Source: Oceanispirochaeta sp. (GTDB taxonomy: Bacteria; Spirochaetota; Spirochaetia; DSM-2461). Taken from it: 64,000 bases of DNA. Every line of letters begins with the position of its first letter. The first letter of the stretch is position 1. This document shows, in pieces, positions 10,358 to 20,660 of this stretch. The stretch covers positions 384,001 to 448,000 of the forward strand of contig CAXXXD010000001.1 of NCBI GenBank assembly GCA_963663385.2. The letters run 5' to 3'. The notes beneath the pieces were generated by a model, which did no database searches, was not told the DNA's origin, and was given only the letters and a program-made list of their open reading frames with translations. The position numbers were made by a program, and so were the translations under genes.

Positions 10358-11560
10358 ATGTCTTCTCTACAATATGTAATTAATAATAGAAAGACTCGAA
10401 TTATTTCGATTCTACGTAATGTAATAGTTAAGAAGTGGTATAAACCCCGGAAAAAAGAGAATGAGAATTTAGATTATTACTTTTCTTCCCAGTGGCAGCT
10501 TATGGGAAGGAAACTTGTTAAGCACAAGCTGGCCAGATGCAGCATTATAATACTGTCCATTCTGTATACCGGTGTATTCTTTGCGCCCTTCATAGCGCCA
10601 TACAGTCTGTTCAGTTATAATCCCGACACCATTAATTGTCCTCCCACGACCGTACACATCTGGGATAGGGAGACCGGGAAAATAACATTTCCCTTTGTAT
10701 ACGGATTAAAGACAGAACGGGATTCTGAAACCTACAGAAAACTGTTTGTCGATGATGTAACTCAAAAATATCCTATCAGGTTCTTTGCGGATGGGGAGCC
10801 GTACAAGTTGCTTGGATTGTTTCAAACAAAGAGACACCTGTTTGGTATCGAAAGGGGTGATACCCTGGCCGGCTTGTTTCTATTCGGGACTGATGCTATG
10901 GGCAGAGACCTGTTTTCCCGTATTCTGCTGGGAAGTCAGGTATCCCTGACGATTCCCTTTATCGCGACTTTTATCAATTTTGTATTGGGTCTTTCGATCG
11001 GCAGTATTTCGGGATATTTTGGAGGAATCGTTGACCGGATCATACAAAGGCTTATCGAAGTTATAATGTCCTTCCCTACCATCCCCCTGTGGATGGCTCT
11101 GGCGGCCGCTATCCCTGCCAGAGTTTCAGTTGTAATGATGTATCTGCTTATCACAATAATCATATCCTTTATAACATGGACAAAACTGGCCAGAACCGTT
11201 CGAAGCAAGTTTATCTCATTGAGAAATAATGAGTATGTTCTAGCCGCAAAAGTAGCTGGTGTTACCGATTTTAAAATCATAACCAGACACTTAATCCCCG
11301 GATTTATGAGCTATCTCATTGTGGATCTGACGCTAAGTATTCCCGGTATGATTCTGGGAGAAACGTCAATGAGTTTTCTGGGGCTGGGCATCCGCTCTCC
11401 TGCAACCAGCTGGGGGGTCCTTCTACAGGAAGCTCAGAATATTCAGAATGTAGCTCTCTATCCCTGGAAGCTTATCCCGCTGCTCTTTGTAATCATTGCG
11501 GTTCTCGCCTTTAATTTTCTGGGCGATGGCATTAGAGATGCTGCAGATCCATATAAATAG
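10358..11560 (+). CDS. ABC transporter permease (OppC/DppC-like), start uncertain
   Basis: FGTDAMGRDLFSR, EYVLAAKVAG, SFLGLG, GDGIRDAADP. Confidence 0.92.
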   Translation: MSSLQYVINNRKTRIISILRNVIVKKWYKPRKKENENLDYYFSSQWQLMGRKLVKHKLARCSIIILSILYTGVFFAPFIAPYSLFSYNPDTINCPPTTVHIWDRETGKITFPFVYGLKTERDSETYRKLFVDDVTQKYPIRFFADGEPYKLLGLFQTKRHLFGIERGDTLAGLFLFGTDAMGRDLFSRILLGSQVSLTIPFIATFINFVLGLSIGSISGYFGGIVDRIIQRLIEVIMSFPTIPLWMALAAAIPARVSVVMMYLLITIIISFITWTKLARTVRSKFISLRNNEYVLAAKVAGVTDFKIITRHLIPGFMSYLIVDLTLSIPGMILGETSMSFLGLGIRSPATSWGVLLQEAQNIQNVALYPWKLIPLLFVIIAVLAFNFLGDGIRDAADPYK

Positions 11561-11574
11561 ACAGGAGGGATGGG

Positions 11575-12561
11575 GTGTTAAAGGTTAAAGACTTGAAAAT
11601 TGATATAAAAACCGATGACGGAGTGCTGAATGCCGTGAGGGGAATCAGTTTCAGATTAAAAAATGGAAGCACATTGGGACTTGTCGGTGAATCGGGATGC
11701 GGAAAAAGCCTGACAAGCAAATCCATTCTCGGGATAAATCCCAAAAAATGCATTGCTTCAGGAGAGATTCTATTCCGTAAAGGGGACAATGAGTTTGATC
11801 TTTTACAGCTCAAACAGGGAGGAAAAGAGATACGTTCAATCCGTGGTTCCGAAATTTCAATGATTTTTCAGGAACCCATGACAGCGTTTTCTCCCATGTA
11901 TACAATCGGTAATCAGATAATGGAAAACGCATTGCTGCATATAACCGGAAAAAAAGCGGAAGCCAGGGAAATCTCTCTGGCCATGATGAAACTTGTGGGC
12001 ATAGCAAACTGCGAAAAGCGCTTCAATCAGTATCCCCATGAGTTTTCCGGCGGGATGCTACAGCGGGCATTAATTGCCATGGCCCTTATCTGTAAACCAA
12101 GTCTGCTAATCGCAGATGAACCGACGACAGCTCTGGATGTTACGATTCAGGCCCAGATTCTGGAATTGATGCAGGAGATTCAAAAAGAGCTCGGCATGTC
12201 AATTCTGTATATAACTCACGATCTGGGAACTGTTGCCTCAATGTGCGAATCTGTCGCCGTTATGTACCTCGGTGAAATTGTGGAATACGGCAATGTGGTG
12301 GATATTTTCCACAATCCCAGACACCCCTATACAAGAGGATTACTGGATTCAATACCCAAAATGGGTAATAAAGACAAACCTCTCACATCCATTAACGGTG
12401 TTGTGCCTGTTCCCTATAATCTACCCCCCGGCTGCGGATTTTACAACAGATGCAAAATGGCGATTGAAGGGCAGTGCAATGTCGGTAATATTGACAATAT
12501 TGATTTGGGTAATAACCACTATGTTAAATGTGTTTTATGGAAAGAAGGAGATTCCAAGTGA
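11575..12561 (+). CDS. ABC transporter ATP-binding protein (OppD-like)
   Basis: Walker A GESGCGKS, signature [18 protein letters not shown]. Confidence 0.95.
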   Translation: MLKVKDLKIDIKTDDGVLNAVRGISFRLKNGSTLGLVGESGCGKSLTSKSILGINPKKCIASGEILFRKGDNEFDLLQLKQGGKEIRSIRGSEISMIFQEPMTAFSPMYTIGNQIMENALLHITGKKAEAREISLAMMKLVGIANCEKRFNQYPHEFSGGMLQRALIAMALICKPSLLIADEPTTALDVTIQAQILELMQEIQKELGMSILYITHDLGTVASMCESVAVMYLGEIVEYGNVVDIFHNPRHPYTRGLLDSIPKMGNKDKPLTSINGVVPVPYNLPPGCGFYNRCKMAIEGQCNVGNIDNIDLGNNHYVKCVLWKEGDSK

Positions 12562-13541
12562 ATGAAGTGCTGCTGGATGTGGAAAACTTATCCAAAAACT
12601 TTGAAAGCAACAGGATTACTGTAAAAGCGGTCTCTGATCTTTCATTTAAAATATATAAAGGGGAAACCTTCGGACTTGTCGGTGAATCAGGATCCGGTAA
12701 AACAACTGCGGGCAGATGCATTGCAAGAGTTATCGAATCTTCTGCCGGAAAGGTATTTTACAATGCAGAAAACAACTCAAAGTATGATTTCCTGAGTATT
12801 TCAAAAAAAGAGTACTCTAAACTCCGGCGGGAAATCCAGATGATATTTCAGGATCCCTTCGCCTCTCTTGATCCCAGAATGACAGTATACGATATTATCG
12901 GCGAACCCCTCTCGGCCAATTTCAAACTGACAAAAGCGGAGTATGATGATAAAATCCGGCGTATGGCAGAAAAAGTCGGATTGAATGTAAGTTACCTTAG
13001 GCGCTATCCGCATGCTTTTTCCGGAGGTCAAAGACAAAGGATCGGAATAGCGAGAGCATTAATTACGCTGCCTCGTCTGGTTGTCTGCGATGAAGCAGTT
13101 TCCGCTTTGGATGTTTCAGTACAGGCTCAGACAATAAATCTGTTAAAAGAGCTTCAGACCGAATTCGGGCTTACCTATATCTTTATTTCCCATGATTTAT
13201 CTGTAGTGGAATATATATCGGATAAAATAGGCGTTATGTATCTCGGGAAACTGGTAGAGATGGCGGAGACAAATGAATTGTTCAGCAATACAAAGCATCC
13301 CTATACTCAGGCTTTGCTCTCTGCTGTTCCGGTTCCGGATCCATTGAACAAAACAAAGAGAATCCCCTTGGAGGGGGAAATCCCCAATCCTGCGAATCCC
13401 CCTTCTGGCTGTCAATTCCATACAAGGTGCCATTATTGTCAGGACATCTGCGTAAATGAAATTCCGGAAATGCAGGAAATTGCAGAGAATCATTTCGTTG
13501 CGTGCCACCGTGCCCGTGAATTGGCTCTGAGCTCACAATAA
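12558..13541 (+). CDS. ABC transporter ATP-binding protein (OppF-like)
   Basis: GESGSGKT, FSGGQRQR, DEAVSALD; GTG start at 12558 with AGGAG RBS overlapping the upstream stop. Confidence 0.95.
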   Translation: MNEVLLDVENLSKNFESNRITVKAVSDLSFKIYKGETFGLVGESGSGKTTAGRCIARVIESSAGKVFYNAENNSKYDFLSISKKEYSKLRREIQMIFQDPFASLDPRMTVYDIIGEPLSANFKLTKAEYDDKIRRMAEKVGLNVSYLRRYPHAFSGGQRQRIGIARALITLPRLVVCDEAVSALDVSVQAQTINLLKELQTEFGLTYIFISHDLSVVEYISDKIGVMYLGKLVEMAETNELFSNTKHPYTQALLSAVPVPDPLNKTKRIPLEGEIPNPANPPSGCQFHTRCHYCQDICVNEIPEMQEIAENHFVACHRARELALSSQ

Positions 13542-13557
13542 ATACCAGGATATAAAA

Positions 13558-15435
13558 TTGTTGAATGTAGTGATCAGAATTATTCGAAAAATGAAGATCT
13601 ATCCCCGTCTGATCGTATCGTTTATCGTAATTATGATCACTGCAAGCGCAATTATTTCCGGTTTCAATGCCAGGAATTATGTTAATAAAGTTAAGTTGAG
13701 TTACTACAAGAAAATGGAATATACCATAAATATTTCAACGGCTTTGATACAGTCAATTCTGAAGAGATATGAGGAGCTGGGATACAGAATCTTTGATGAT
13801 AATAGAGTAATGGGGATTTTGAACCTGGCGGAAAGGAAGGCTCAATTAATAGATGGAAGCGATTACGGCCTTTTATATGAACGGCAGTATCAAAGCTATA
13901 AACACAATCTGGGCAATCAATTATACGAGATATACAAGAAGGATAACTATATCAAAAGCATTTTCTATCTTGTTGAAGACAGACAGTATGAAATGTACGA
14001 TATTACTTTTGAACGGCAGGGGGGTCACATCAGTGATGTAGAGGGATTCATCAGATCAGAGGGTTTCAAACAAATACTGGATAGTCAGAAGTCTCCAGTC
14101 TGGTCAGAACTCAATTATACCTATTTTGATTTCTACGGGGACTATGGAAAACAGAAACCTGTCCTGATGCTCGCCATGAATAACTATGACTTCAATGACG
14201 AATTTAACGGAACTCTCATTATATGCATTAATATGGCAGCCATAACGGATGTATTCTCATCCTATCGTTATGATGGGGACGGTAATGTGCTTTTAGTAAC
14301 TGAAACATCTAAACATATTTCCCTTCAGGAAAGTAAAGAAAACACAACAACTCCTGCTGATTATGAATTTCCGGGATTAATTGGACCGGATGATCGTTCC
14401 ATAAAAGAAGAGAAGATCAACGGCATCAAAAGTATTGTTGCCTACGCGCGAATTCCAGGCACAGGCATGTATACTATTAATATTGCGGATTATTCAAACC
14501 TGCTAAAGGGCTTTGAAACCATAAAGTCAAGTAATTATTTAATGATACTGGTCGTTATCGTATTATCAATGATTATCCACTATTTTATAACTCTCAGTAT
14601 TACAAGACCCCTGAATAATCTGAAAAAAACGATGGATATGACAACTGATGATAATTTTGATAACCTTTATTTAGATAGTACAGGAGATGAAATAGCATCA
14701 ATCGGATACCATTACAATAAGCTGGTCAAACGGATAAAGATTCTGATTGATGAAGTCTATAAGGCGGAACTGCATCAGAAGGAGTTGGATTTCAGAAAGA
14801 AAAATGCCGAACTGAATGCTCTTCTGGCACAAATCAATCCTCATTTTATATATAATACCTTGGATATTATCAGGTGGCAGGCTGTAAAAGAAGTCGGTAC
14901 GGATAGCAAAGCAAATCGGATGATAATTGATTTCTCGAATATGCTTCGGATCGGGACCGATAAATCCAATGATATAGTTCCGATTATTGAAGAGATCGAG
15001 CATGTCAAAGCCTATGTGAAACTAGTCAATTATAAGTATATAAAAAATCCCATCAACTTTACGATATCTCTGAATTTCGATACGTGCAATCAGTTCCTGA
15101 CAAAGCTCACTCTACAGCCCATTGTCGAGAATTGTGTCCTCCACGGTTTTGAAAACAATATTGAGGATAAACGGATCAGAATTGCCGGAGAAGTATTGGG
15201 CGACAAACTTCACATTTCTATCGAAGACAATGGCGGTGGAATGACCGAAGATGTTCTGCATACTGTCAGAAGAAATATAAATACCGGTGATTGGAATAAT
15301 ACCAGTATCGGTCTCCGGAATGTATGCGAAAGACTGAAATTATTTTTTAAAGAAGATAGTTATCTGATGATTGATAGTATGATAAATGAGGGAACTAAAG
15401 TAACAGTTGTTGTTCCATATAATAATAAAATATAG
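13558..15435 (+). CDS. Sensor histidine kinase, YesM/LytS-like
   Basis: Two TM helices, HAMP, QINPHFIYNTL, LQPIVENC, DNGGG, IGLRNV. Confidence 0.92.
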   Translation: MLNVVIRIIRKMKIYPRLIVSFIVIMITASAIISGFNARNYVNKVKLSYYKKMEYTINISTALIQSILKRYEELGYRIFDDNRVMGILNLAERKAQLIDGSDYGLLYERQYQSYKHNLGNQLYEIYKKDNYIKSIFYLVEDRQYEMYDITFERQGGHISDVEGFIRSEGFKQILDSQKSPVWSELNYTYFDFYGDYGKQKPVLMLAMNNYDFNDEFNGTLIICINMAAITDVFSSYRYDGDGNVLLVTETSKHISLQESKENTTTPADYEFPGLIGPDDRSIKEEKINGIKSIVAYARIPGTGMYTINIADYSNLLKGFETIKSSNYLMILVVIVLSMIIHYFITLSITRPLNNLKKTMDMTTDDNFDNLYLDSTGDEIASIGYHYNKLVKRIKILIDEVYKAELHQKELDFRKKNAELNALLAQINPHFIYNTLDIIRWQAVKEVGTDSKANRMIIDFSNMLRIGTDKSNDIVPIIEEIEHVKAYVKLVNYKYIKNPINFTISLNFDTCNQFLTKLTLQPIVENCVLHGFENNIEDKRIRIAGEVLGDKLHISIEDNGGGMTEDVLHTVRRNINTGDWNNTSIGLRNVCERLKLFFKEDSYLMIDSMINEGTKVTVVVPYNNKI

Positions 15436-15446
15436 GTGGTGACAGT

Positions 15447-17003
15447 TTGTATAACCTTTTAATTGTTGATGATGAAGAAATTATACTCAATGGATTAGAA
15501 GAATACATCGACTGGAAGGCTCTGAATATCAGTAATGTCTATACGGCAGGTTCTGCGGATATGGCTCTTTCCATTCTTTCAGAAAAGGATGTTGATATTG
15601 TATTAACCGATATCAGGATGCCAGTACATGATGGACTCTACTTAACGGAAAGAATTAAAAGGGAATATGAAAATGTAAAGGTCCTGATATTGAGTGGCTA
15701 CAGTGATTTCGAATATGCAAAAAGTGCGATTCATCTTGGGGTGGAAGACTATTTGCTGAAACCGGTTGATTTCAATGAGTTAACCAAATCCGTTATTCTT
15801 ATTCTGAAGAAAATCGAAGAAGAAAGAAAGATTTGTCAATTAAAACAGGATTTTGAGGGCCAGAAAATTGATCAGTTTTTTAACGATCTGATTTTTGGAA
15901 ATCCCCACTCAAAACCTCTGAATTCTGTTCAGTTTGTTATGCCCCGCGGTAAATTCTATGTTGTGCGAATTGTTATTTTAGATAAGGGGATGCTCAGTGA
16001 GTATAAGAAGAAGCTGAAATCCTCTATTACGGCAGCGTCAAATTTGAATAGAGGAATTAGTGCCTACTATCTGTTTAATAATATGGCTCAGGAATTGACA
16101 ATGGTCGTATACACCCAATCTGAAAAAAACCTGGAGAAGCTGGCATCGGATATTTTAAGCCATATCAGCTTTTCTGCCGTGCTTGGAGCAAGTTCACAGA
16201 AAGAATCCCTGACACTTATTTCCAGAGCCTATGACGAAGCGGGAGAAGCTACCAATTATCAGTTCGTTGATAAAAAAAGTCATATTATTTTTTATTCCAG
16301 AATTAAACAGGCTTTTGTAAAAACAATTTCAGAGAATAAACAGATTCGAAAATCTGTTATAGAATTATTGCCCCAGGGCAGAAATAAACTCAGTATTTAT
16401 CTGGATTCCATATTAGAGAAATATAGAAATGGATCGCAGGTTGATTCTGCAGTCTACGGAGAGTTGGTTCGAGCCTACATCTGCATATACAATTATCACC
16501 TCCGGTTACATGAAGAAAATATGATCGATGTCTATATCCATATTAAAAGACTCTTTTCTTCAGGAACGTATAAGGAAATAAAGCTGGCAATTTCAGATTA
16601 CCTGGAATGCTGTGACAGGTATGAATTGCATGATGATTCTATCCAGACCAACATCATTGAGAAGGCAAAAGATCATATAGAAAACTATTATTATCAGAAT
16701 ATCACGTTAAATCATCTTTCTGAAATATTATATATTCATCCCAATTACCTGAGTCGATTGTTTAAAGATAAAACCGGGCAGAATTTTTCAAAATACCTGA
16801 TGAATGTCAGAATTGAAGTAGCCAGGAAATTACTATCAAATAATAAATTAAAAGTTTATCAAATCGCAGAAATGGTAGGATACGGAAGTAACAAGTATTT
16901 TGTAAAAGTCTTTAAGGAATCAACAGGTCTTGTCCCCAGAGAATACAGGGATAAGTATGCGTCCCCGACTGGCAATGATTTACAGATTTTTCCGGGTGAA
17001 TGA
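15447..17003 (+). CDS. Response regulator with AraC HTH, YesN-like
   Basis: Receiver motifs VDDE, TDIRMP, LLKP; C-terminal AraC HTH (YLSRLFK, IAEMVGY). Confidence 0.92.
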   Translation: MYNLLIVDDEEIILNGLEEYIDWKALNISNVYTAGSADMALSILSEKDVDIVLTDIRMPVHDGLYLTERIKREYENVKVLILSGYSDFEYAKSAIHLGVEDYLLKPVDFNELTKSVILILKKIEEERKICQLKQDFEGQKIDQFFNDLIFGNPHSKPLNSVQFVMPRGKFYVVRIVILDKGMLSEYKKKLKSSITAASNLNRGISAYYLFNNMAQELTMVVYTQSEKNLEKLASDILSHISFSAVLGASSQKESLTLISRAYDEAGEATNYQFVDKKSHIIFYSRIKQAFVKTISENKQIRKSVIELLPQGRNKLSIYLDSILEKYRNGSQVDSAVYGELVRAYICIYNYHLRLHEENMIDVYIHIKRLFSSGTYKEIKLAISDYLECCDRYELHDDSIQTNIIEKAKDHIENYYYQNITLNHLSEILYIHPNYLSRLFKDKTGQNFSKYLMNVRIEVARKLLSNNKLKVYQIAEMVGYGSNKYFVKVFKESTGLVPREYRDKYASPTGNDLQIFPGE

Positions 17004-17239
17004 AAGGATTCGCTTCAATATTCTTTCTGTCTTACAGATACAACACCGGCAGACGGATGGGCTCTGACCCTACGGATCCCATTGGTTATTAGAGCAGTCT
17101 GGCAGATTCAGTGCCGGTACGTATTGAATTCTGAAAAATCGTTTTATGCTTCCGGTTTACAGTAACTATTTACCATACATTAATCTCTCTATATAATAAC
17201 GGCTTTTACAGAAACACTTTAATAAATGAGGAACATTCA

Positions 17240-17815
17240 ATGAGCAATGAAATGTCCATCATGGACAGAACTTCGAATCCCGCCCCCCTGGGACTGATGG
17301 GGTTCGGGATGACAACGGTTCTTTTGAACCTGCATAATGCCGGATTTTTTCCCCTGGATGCCATGATCCTGGCCATGGGGATCTTCTACGGAGGATTGGC
17401 TCAGGTCGTCGCCGGCATAATGGAATGGAAAAAGGGGAACACCTTCGGAACAACCGCCTTTACCTCCTACGGCTTTTTCTGGCTTACCCTTGTGGGACTG
17501 AAAACCATGCCCCTGATGGGACTGGCTGATGCGCCCGGTGTGTTTGCCATGGCATCCTATCTGATTATGTGGGGTATTTTTACCGGGGTACTGTTTATAG
17601 GAACCCTTAGACTGAACAGGGCCCTTCAGGTTGTATTCGGTTCCCTGACAATCCTGTTCTTCCTGCTGGCTGTCGGTGATATTACGGGGAATACGTTCAT
17701 TAAACATTTTACCGGCTTTGAAGGAATATTCTGCGGACTGTCTGCCATCTACGCAGGACTCGGGCAGGTTCTGAACGAAGTATACGGAAAGAAAGTCTGT
17801 CCTCTAGGGGATTAA
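17240..17815 (+). CDS. satP: Acetate/succinate uptake transporter (GPR1/FUN34/YaaH family)
   Basis: [21 protein letters not shown] signature; six TM helices. Confidence 0.92.
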   Translation: MSNEMSIMDRTSNPAPLGLMGFGMTTVLLNLHNAGFFPLDAMILAMGIFYGGLAQVVAGIMEWKKGNTFGTTAFTSYGFFWLTLVGLKTMPLMGLADAPGVFAMASYLIMWGIFTGVLFIGTLRLNRALQVVFGSLTILFFLLAVGDITGNTFIKHFTGFEGIFCGLSAIYAGLGQVLNEVYGKKVCPLGD

Positions 17816-17819
17816 ACAG

Positions 17820-17849
17820 CCTCCCCTGCCCCTCCTTCAAAGGAGGGGA
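17820..17849. repeat. Purine/pyrimidine hairpin with pyrimidine tail (BoxC/triplex-like), possibly also a terminator
   Basis: CCTCCCCT-G-CCCCTCCT-TCAA-AGGAGGGG between convergent satP and lepB. Confidence 0.5.
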
Positions 17850-17867
17850 GGAATTGCCTGCCCCTAA

Positions 17868-19616
17868 TCAGGGAAGCCCTATCCTGTTAACCGGAAACAG
17901 TCTGAACACGACAAACCCCTCAATTCCGGACTCATCAATTGTCATGGGATTCAGAAGGGATCTGTATACAAGAGATGATTCCTTTCCCCGGATAAAATAA
18001 CGATCTTTCGAGTGTAGACCATGCCTGAGATCTACTGAGTTATATCGGTTATCTCCCATAAGAAAATAATGTTCATCTTCAATCACCGTTCCATAAGGAA
18101 AAGGCGGTAAATTCCTGAAATCATAATAACGGATAATATAGTTGAGGAATTCCCCTAAAGATTCCTCCTGAGATTCAATGGAGTCCTGAATATTGATCAG
18201 CTTCTGATCACTTCCGGCAATGAGAAACTCCAGGTATTCCAGATTAATAACGATCCATTCACTCACCAGCATCTTATACATTGTGTCTGTTTTACACGCG
18301 ACAGTTCCAAACATATCACGGGAATCAGCAGTACAGGAGGAGGACAGGAAATCCCAGCCGGAATTCCATAGAGTATCGTCTTCCAGATTATACAGGAAAT
18401 GAATCTGATCCTCCCTGAGAAATTCAAGCTTCTGCAGAGGGGCATACCCTTTATTAATGGAAAGATTAGCCGTATTCAGACTGCTGAACTGCCCCCGCAA
18501 TCCGCCTTTGACCGCTTCTATATGGCCTTTGATCAGAAGCGCCCTGACAGCTTCAGCCTTTTCGGCATTAGATTGGATAGCTTTGAGAGCCTGTGCCTGA
18601 TCCAGAGTCTCAATAGCCGCATCCCATTTTGTCAGAACATCACGCATCTGTGCATTAATAGGCAGATAGCGCAGCTTATCCAGGGTATCTCCAGGTAAAT
18701 TATAAAGATCTGTTTCGGAGTGAATATCCTCCTCAAGCAGAACAAAGTCATCTTCAAGAACCCGACGATGGTAGATTTTGTCATTTATTATCTGCAGCTG
18801 CTCTCCGGGAATTCCGACAACCCGTTTAACAAGAGGATCGGCTTTTTCATTCCCATATTCATCATAACGGTCAAGGTTAACACCGGTAAAGGTAACCATA
18901 TAGAGAAACTGGGAGAAAAGATGTTTCAGCTCACTTTCAACAGTTTTTTCATATTTGGGATTCCGGAATGTTACAATATCGCCCCGTTTTATCGTCTGCA
19001 GGGGAGGAATCCGGAAACGGGTAAAAGGAAGGGCCGGACCCCGTGTAATTTTGTCGACAACAGGTCTGTCTTTTACCAGAAAGACGGGAAACATGGACTC
19101 CGAAGGGATACTGTAAATTTGAAACAGGAAGATATTGATCAGCAGAACAAAAATTACGGCGGAAAGAAGAGCGTCCACCCAACTGAAGATTTCTGCGACC
19201 AGCCCTCGCTTCTTCTTCCCTTCCTCCTTTTCCTTCCTTTTAAGCTCCCTTGAATACATAAAAATCTGATATCCGTTCAATATTAAAGCAATGAGCAGTA
19301 AAAACTCCAAAAGAATGGGTGCGCCCAGAACTTCCGGATTATCGGAAATAAGAGAAACTTTCATACAGTAAGTCATATAGAACAGGAAAGTTGAAAATAA
19401 CAGATAACTGTTAAAAATCCTCAGTAATTTATCACTGAATCGGGAGGACAGGAAGAAAACAAAGAAAACATTCGCCGACAGGATCAACGCGGATAAGAGG
19501 GCATATACAGATGCCCTGGATGAAACATCCATCTTCCAGGAGAACAGGATCTGAATCAGAAAGTAGAGAATAGTACTCACAGCGAGAAGCTTGCTGTATT
19601 TATTGAATTTCTGCAT
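17868..19616 (-). CDS. lepB: Signal peptidase I with multi-TM N-terminus and a large insertion
   Basis: Catalytic Ser box IPSESM, Lys box LVKRVVG, and MGDNRYNS.D.R. Confidence 0.9.
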   Translation of the reverse strand: MQKFNKYSKLLAVSTILYFLIQILFSWKMDVSSRASVYALLSALILSANVFFVFFLSSRFSDKLLRIFNSYLLFSTFLFYMTYCMKVSLISDNPEVLGAPILLEFLLLIALILNGYQIFMYSRELKRKEKEEGKKKRGLVAEIFSWVDALLSAVIFVLLINIFLFQIYSIPSESMFPVFLVKDRPVVDKITRGPALPFTRFRIPPLQTIKRGDIVTFRNPKYEKTVESELKHLFSQFLYMVTFTGVNLDRYDEYGNEKADPLVKRVVGIPGEQLQIINDKIYHRRVLEDDFVLLEEDIHSETDLYNLPGDTLDKLRYLPINAQMRDVLTKWDAAIETLDQAQALKAIQSNAEKAEAVRALLIKGHIEAVKGGLRGQFSSLNTANLSINKGYAPLQKLEFLREDQIHFLYNLEDDTLWNSGWDFLSSSCTADSRDMFGTVACKTDTMYKMLVSEWIVINLEYLEFLIAGSDQKLINIQDSIESQEESLGEFLNYIIRYYDFRNLPPFPYGTVIEDEHYFLMGDNRYNSVDLRHGLHSKDRYFIRGKESSLVYRSLLNPMTIDESGIEGFVVFRLFPVNRIGLP

Positions 19617-19723
19617 TGTCTCAGAATAGGGAAATGCCGGTTTTCTTTCAAGCTTTTCTATATGAAAAATACAACAAACCCCTCCCTAAAGGAAAAATCC
19701 ATGTTTTTTTTATTATTCCCTGT

Positions 19724-20554
19724 TCAGGAATTACTTATTCTCCTTAGCTGCGAGAGATATTCACCCGGTGTCATCAGGTATTGCTTTTTGAATTTTCTGA
19801 TAAAATAGGATGGATCTTCAAAACCGGACCTGTCGGCCGTTTCCGAAACAGAATAACCCTCATTCAAGATTTTCAGGCTGTTTTCCAGTCTTAGATTATT
19901 CAGATATTCCCCGTAGGTTGAACCGGTTTTCTCCTTGAACTTGCGACAGAAATGATAACGGCTCAGGTGTACTGCATCTGCAGCCTGGTCGATAGAGATA
20001 GGCGTCCGGTAGAATTCTTCACTATAATCTTTAATCCTATGAAGGAATTCGTCCCTTGGCGAGAGATCCTCCAACCCTTTATCAGAAGGGTAGATCAGAG
20101 CGATAGTACCCATGGCTAATGATGAGCTTTGAATTCCCGAAGAGAACGGCCCTTTATAAAGCTGTTCAAGAAGATGAGAATCGGCCTTTTTATAATGCAG
20201 AAAGTACGGGTAAGTACGGGCCAGGTCCGTCTTCAGGGCTAGTGCGTCGACGTAAGATAGAAAGTTCAGCCCAATATGCCAAACCGTAATTTGTCCTCCG
20301 TTACCCTGAATTCTGTATGAGTGGAGTGTTTCGGGCTGCAGCACAAAGAGGGAATTTTCCTCCATAGGGTAAGAACAGCCCTCGACATGAATAAAACCCG
20401 CTGCATTTTCACAATAGTTGATCTCCAGACTGCTGTGATAGTGCATCCTGACAACCGTATCTTCATGATAAGTTCTTACATTCATTACAACAGGGTTTTC
20501 CGGAGAGAGACTTTTCTCTTCGAATTTTATCCCGTTTCCCTGATTCTGCATCAT
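19724..20554 (-). CDS. AraC family transcriptional regulator
   Basis: MHYHSSLEI cupin; SGFEDPSYFIRKFKK HTH; start moved to ATG 20554 to avoid overlapping the divergent gene. Confidence 0.88.
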   Translation of the reverse strand: MMQNQGNGIKFEEKSLSPENPVVMNVRTYHEDTVVRMHYHSSLEINYCENAAGFIHVEGCSYPMEENSLFVLQPETLHSYRIQGNGGQITVWHIGLNFLSYVDALALKTDLARTYPYFLHYKKADSHLLEQLYKGPFSSGIQSSSLAMGTIALIYPSDKGLEDLSPRDEFLHRIKDYSEEFYRTPISIDQAADAVHLSRYHFCRKFKEKTGSTYGEYLNNLRLENSLKILNEGYSVSETADRSGFEDPSYFIRKFKKQYLMTPGEYLSQLRRISNS

Positions 20555-20660
20555 AAGGAAGTTTATCAAATACAGCAATATTGTTCTATATATAAGCAAC
20601 TTGATCGTACAGACATCTGCATTTACAGCAATATAATACATGTAAATAGGAGAAAATAGG

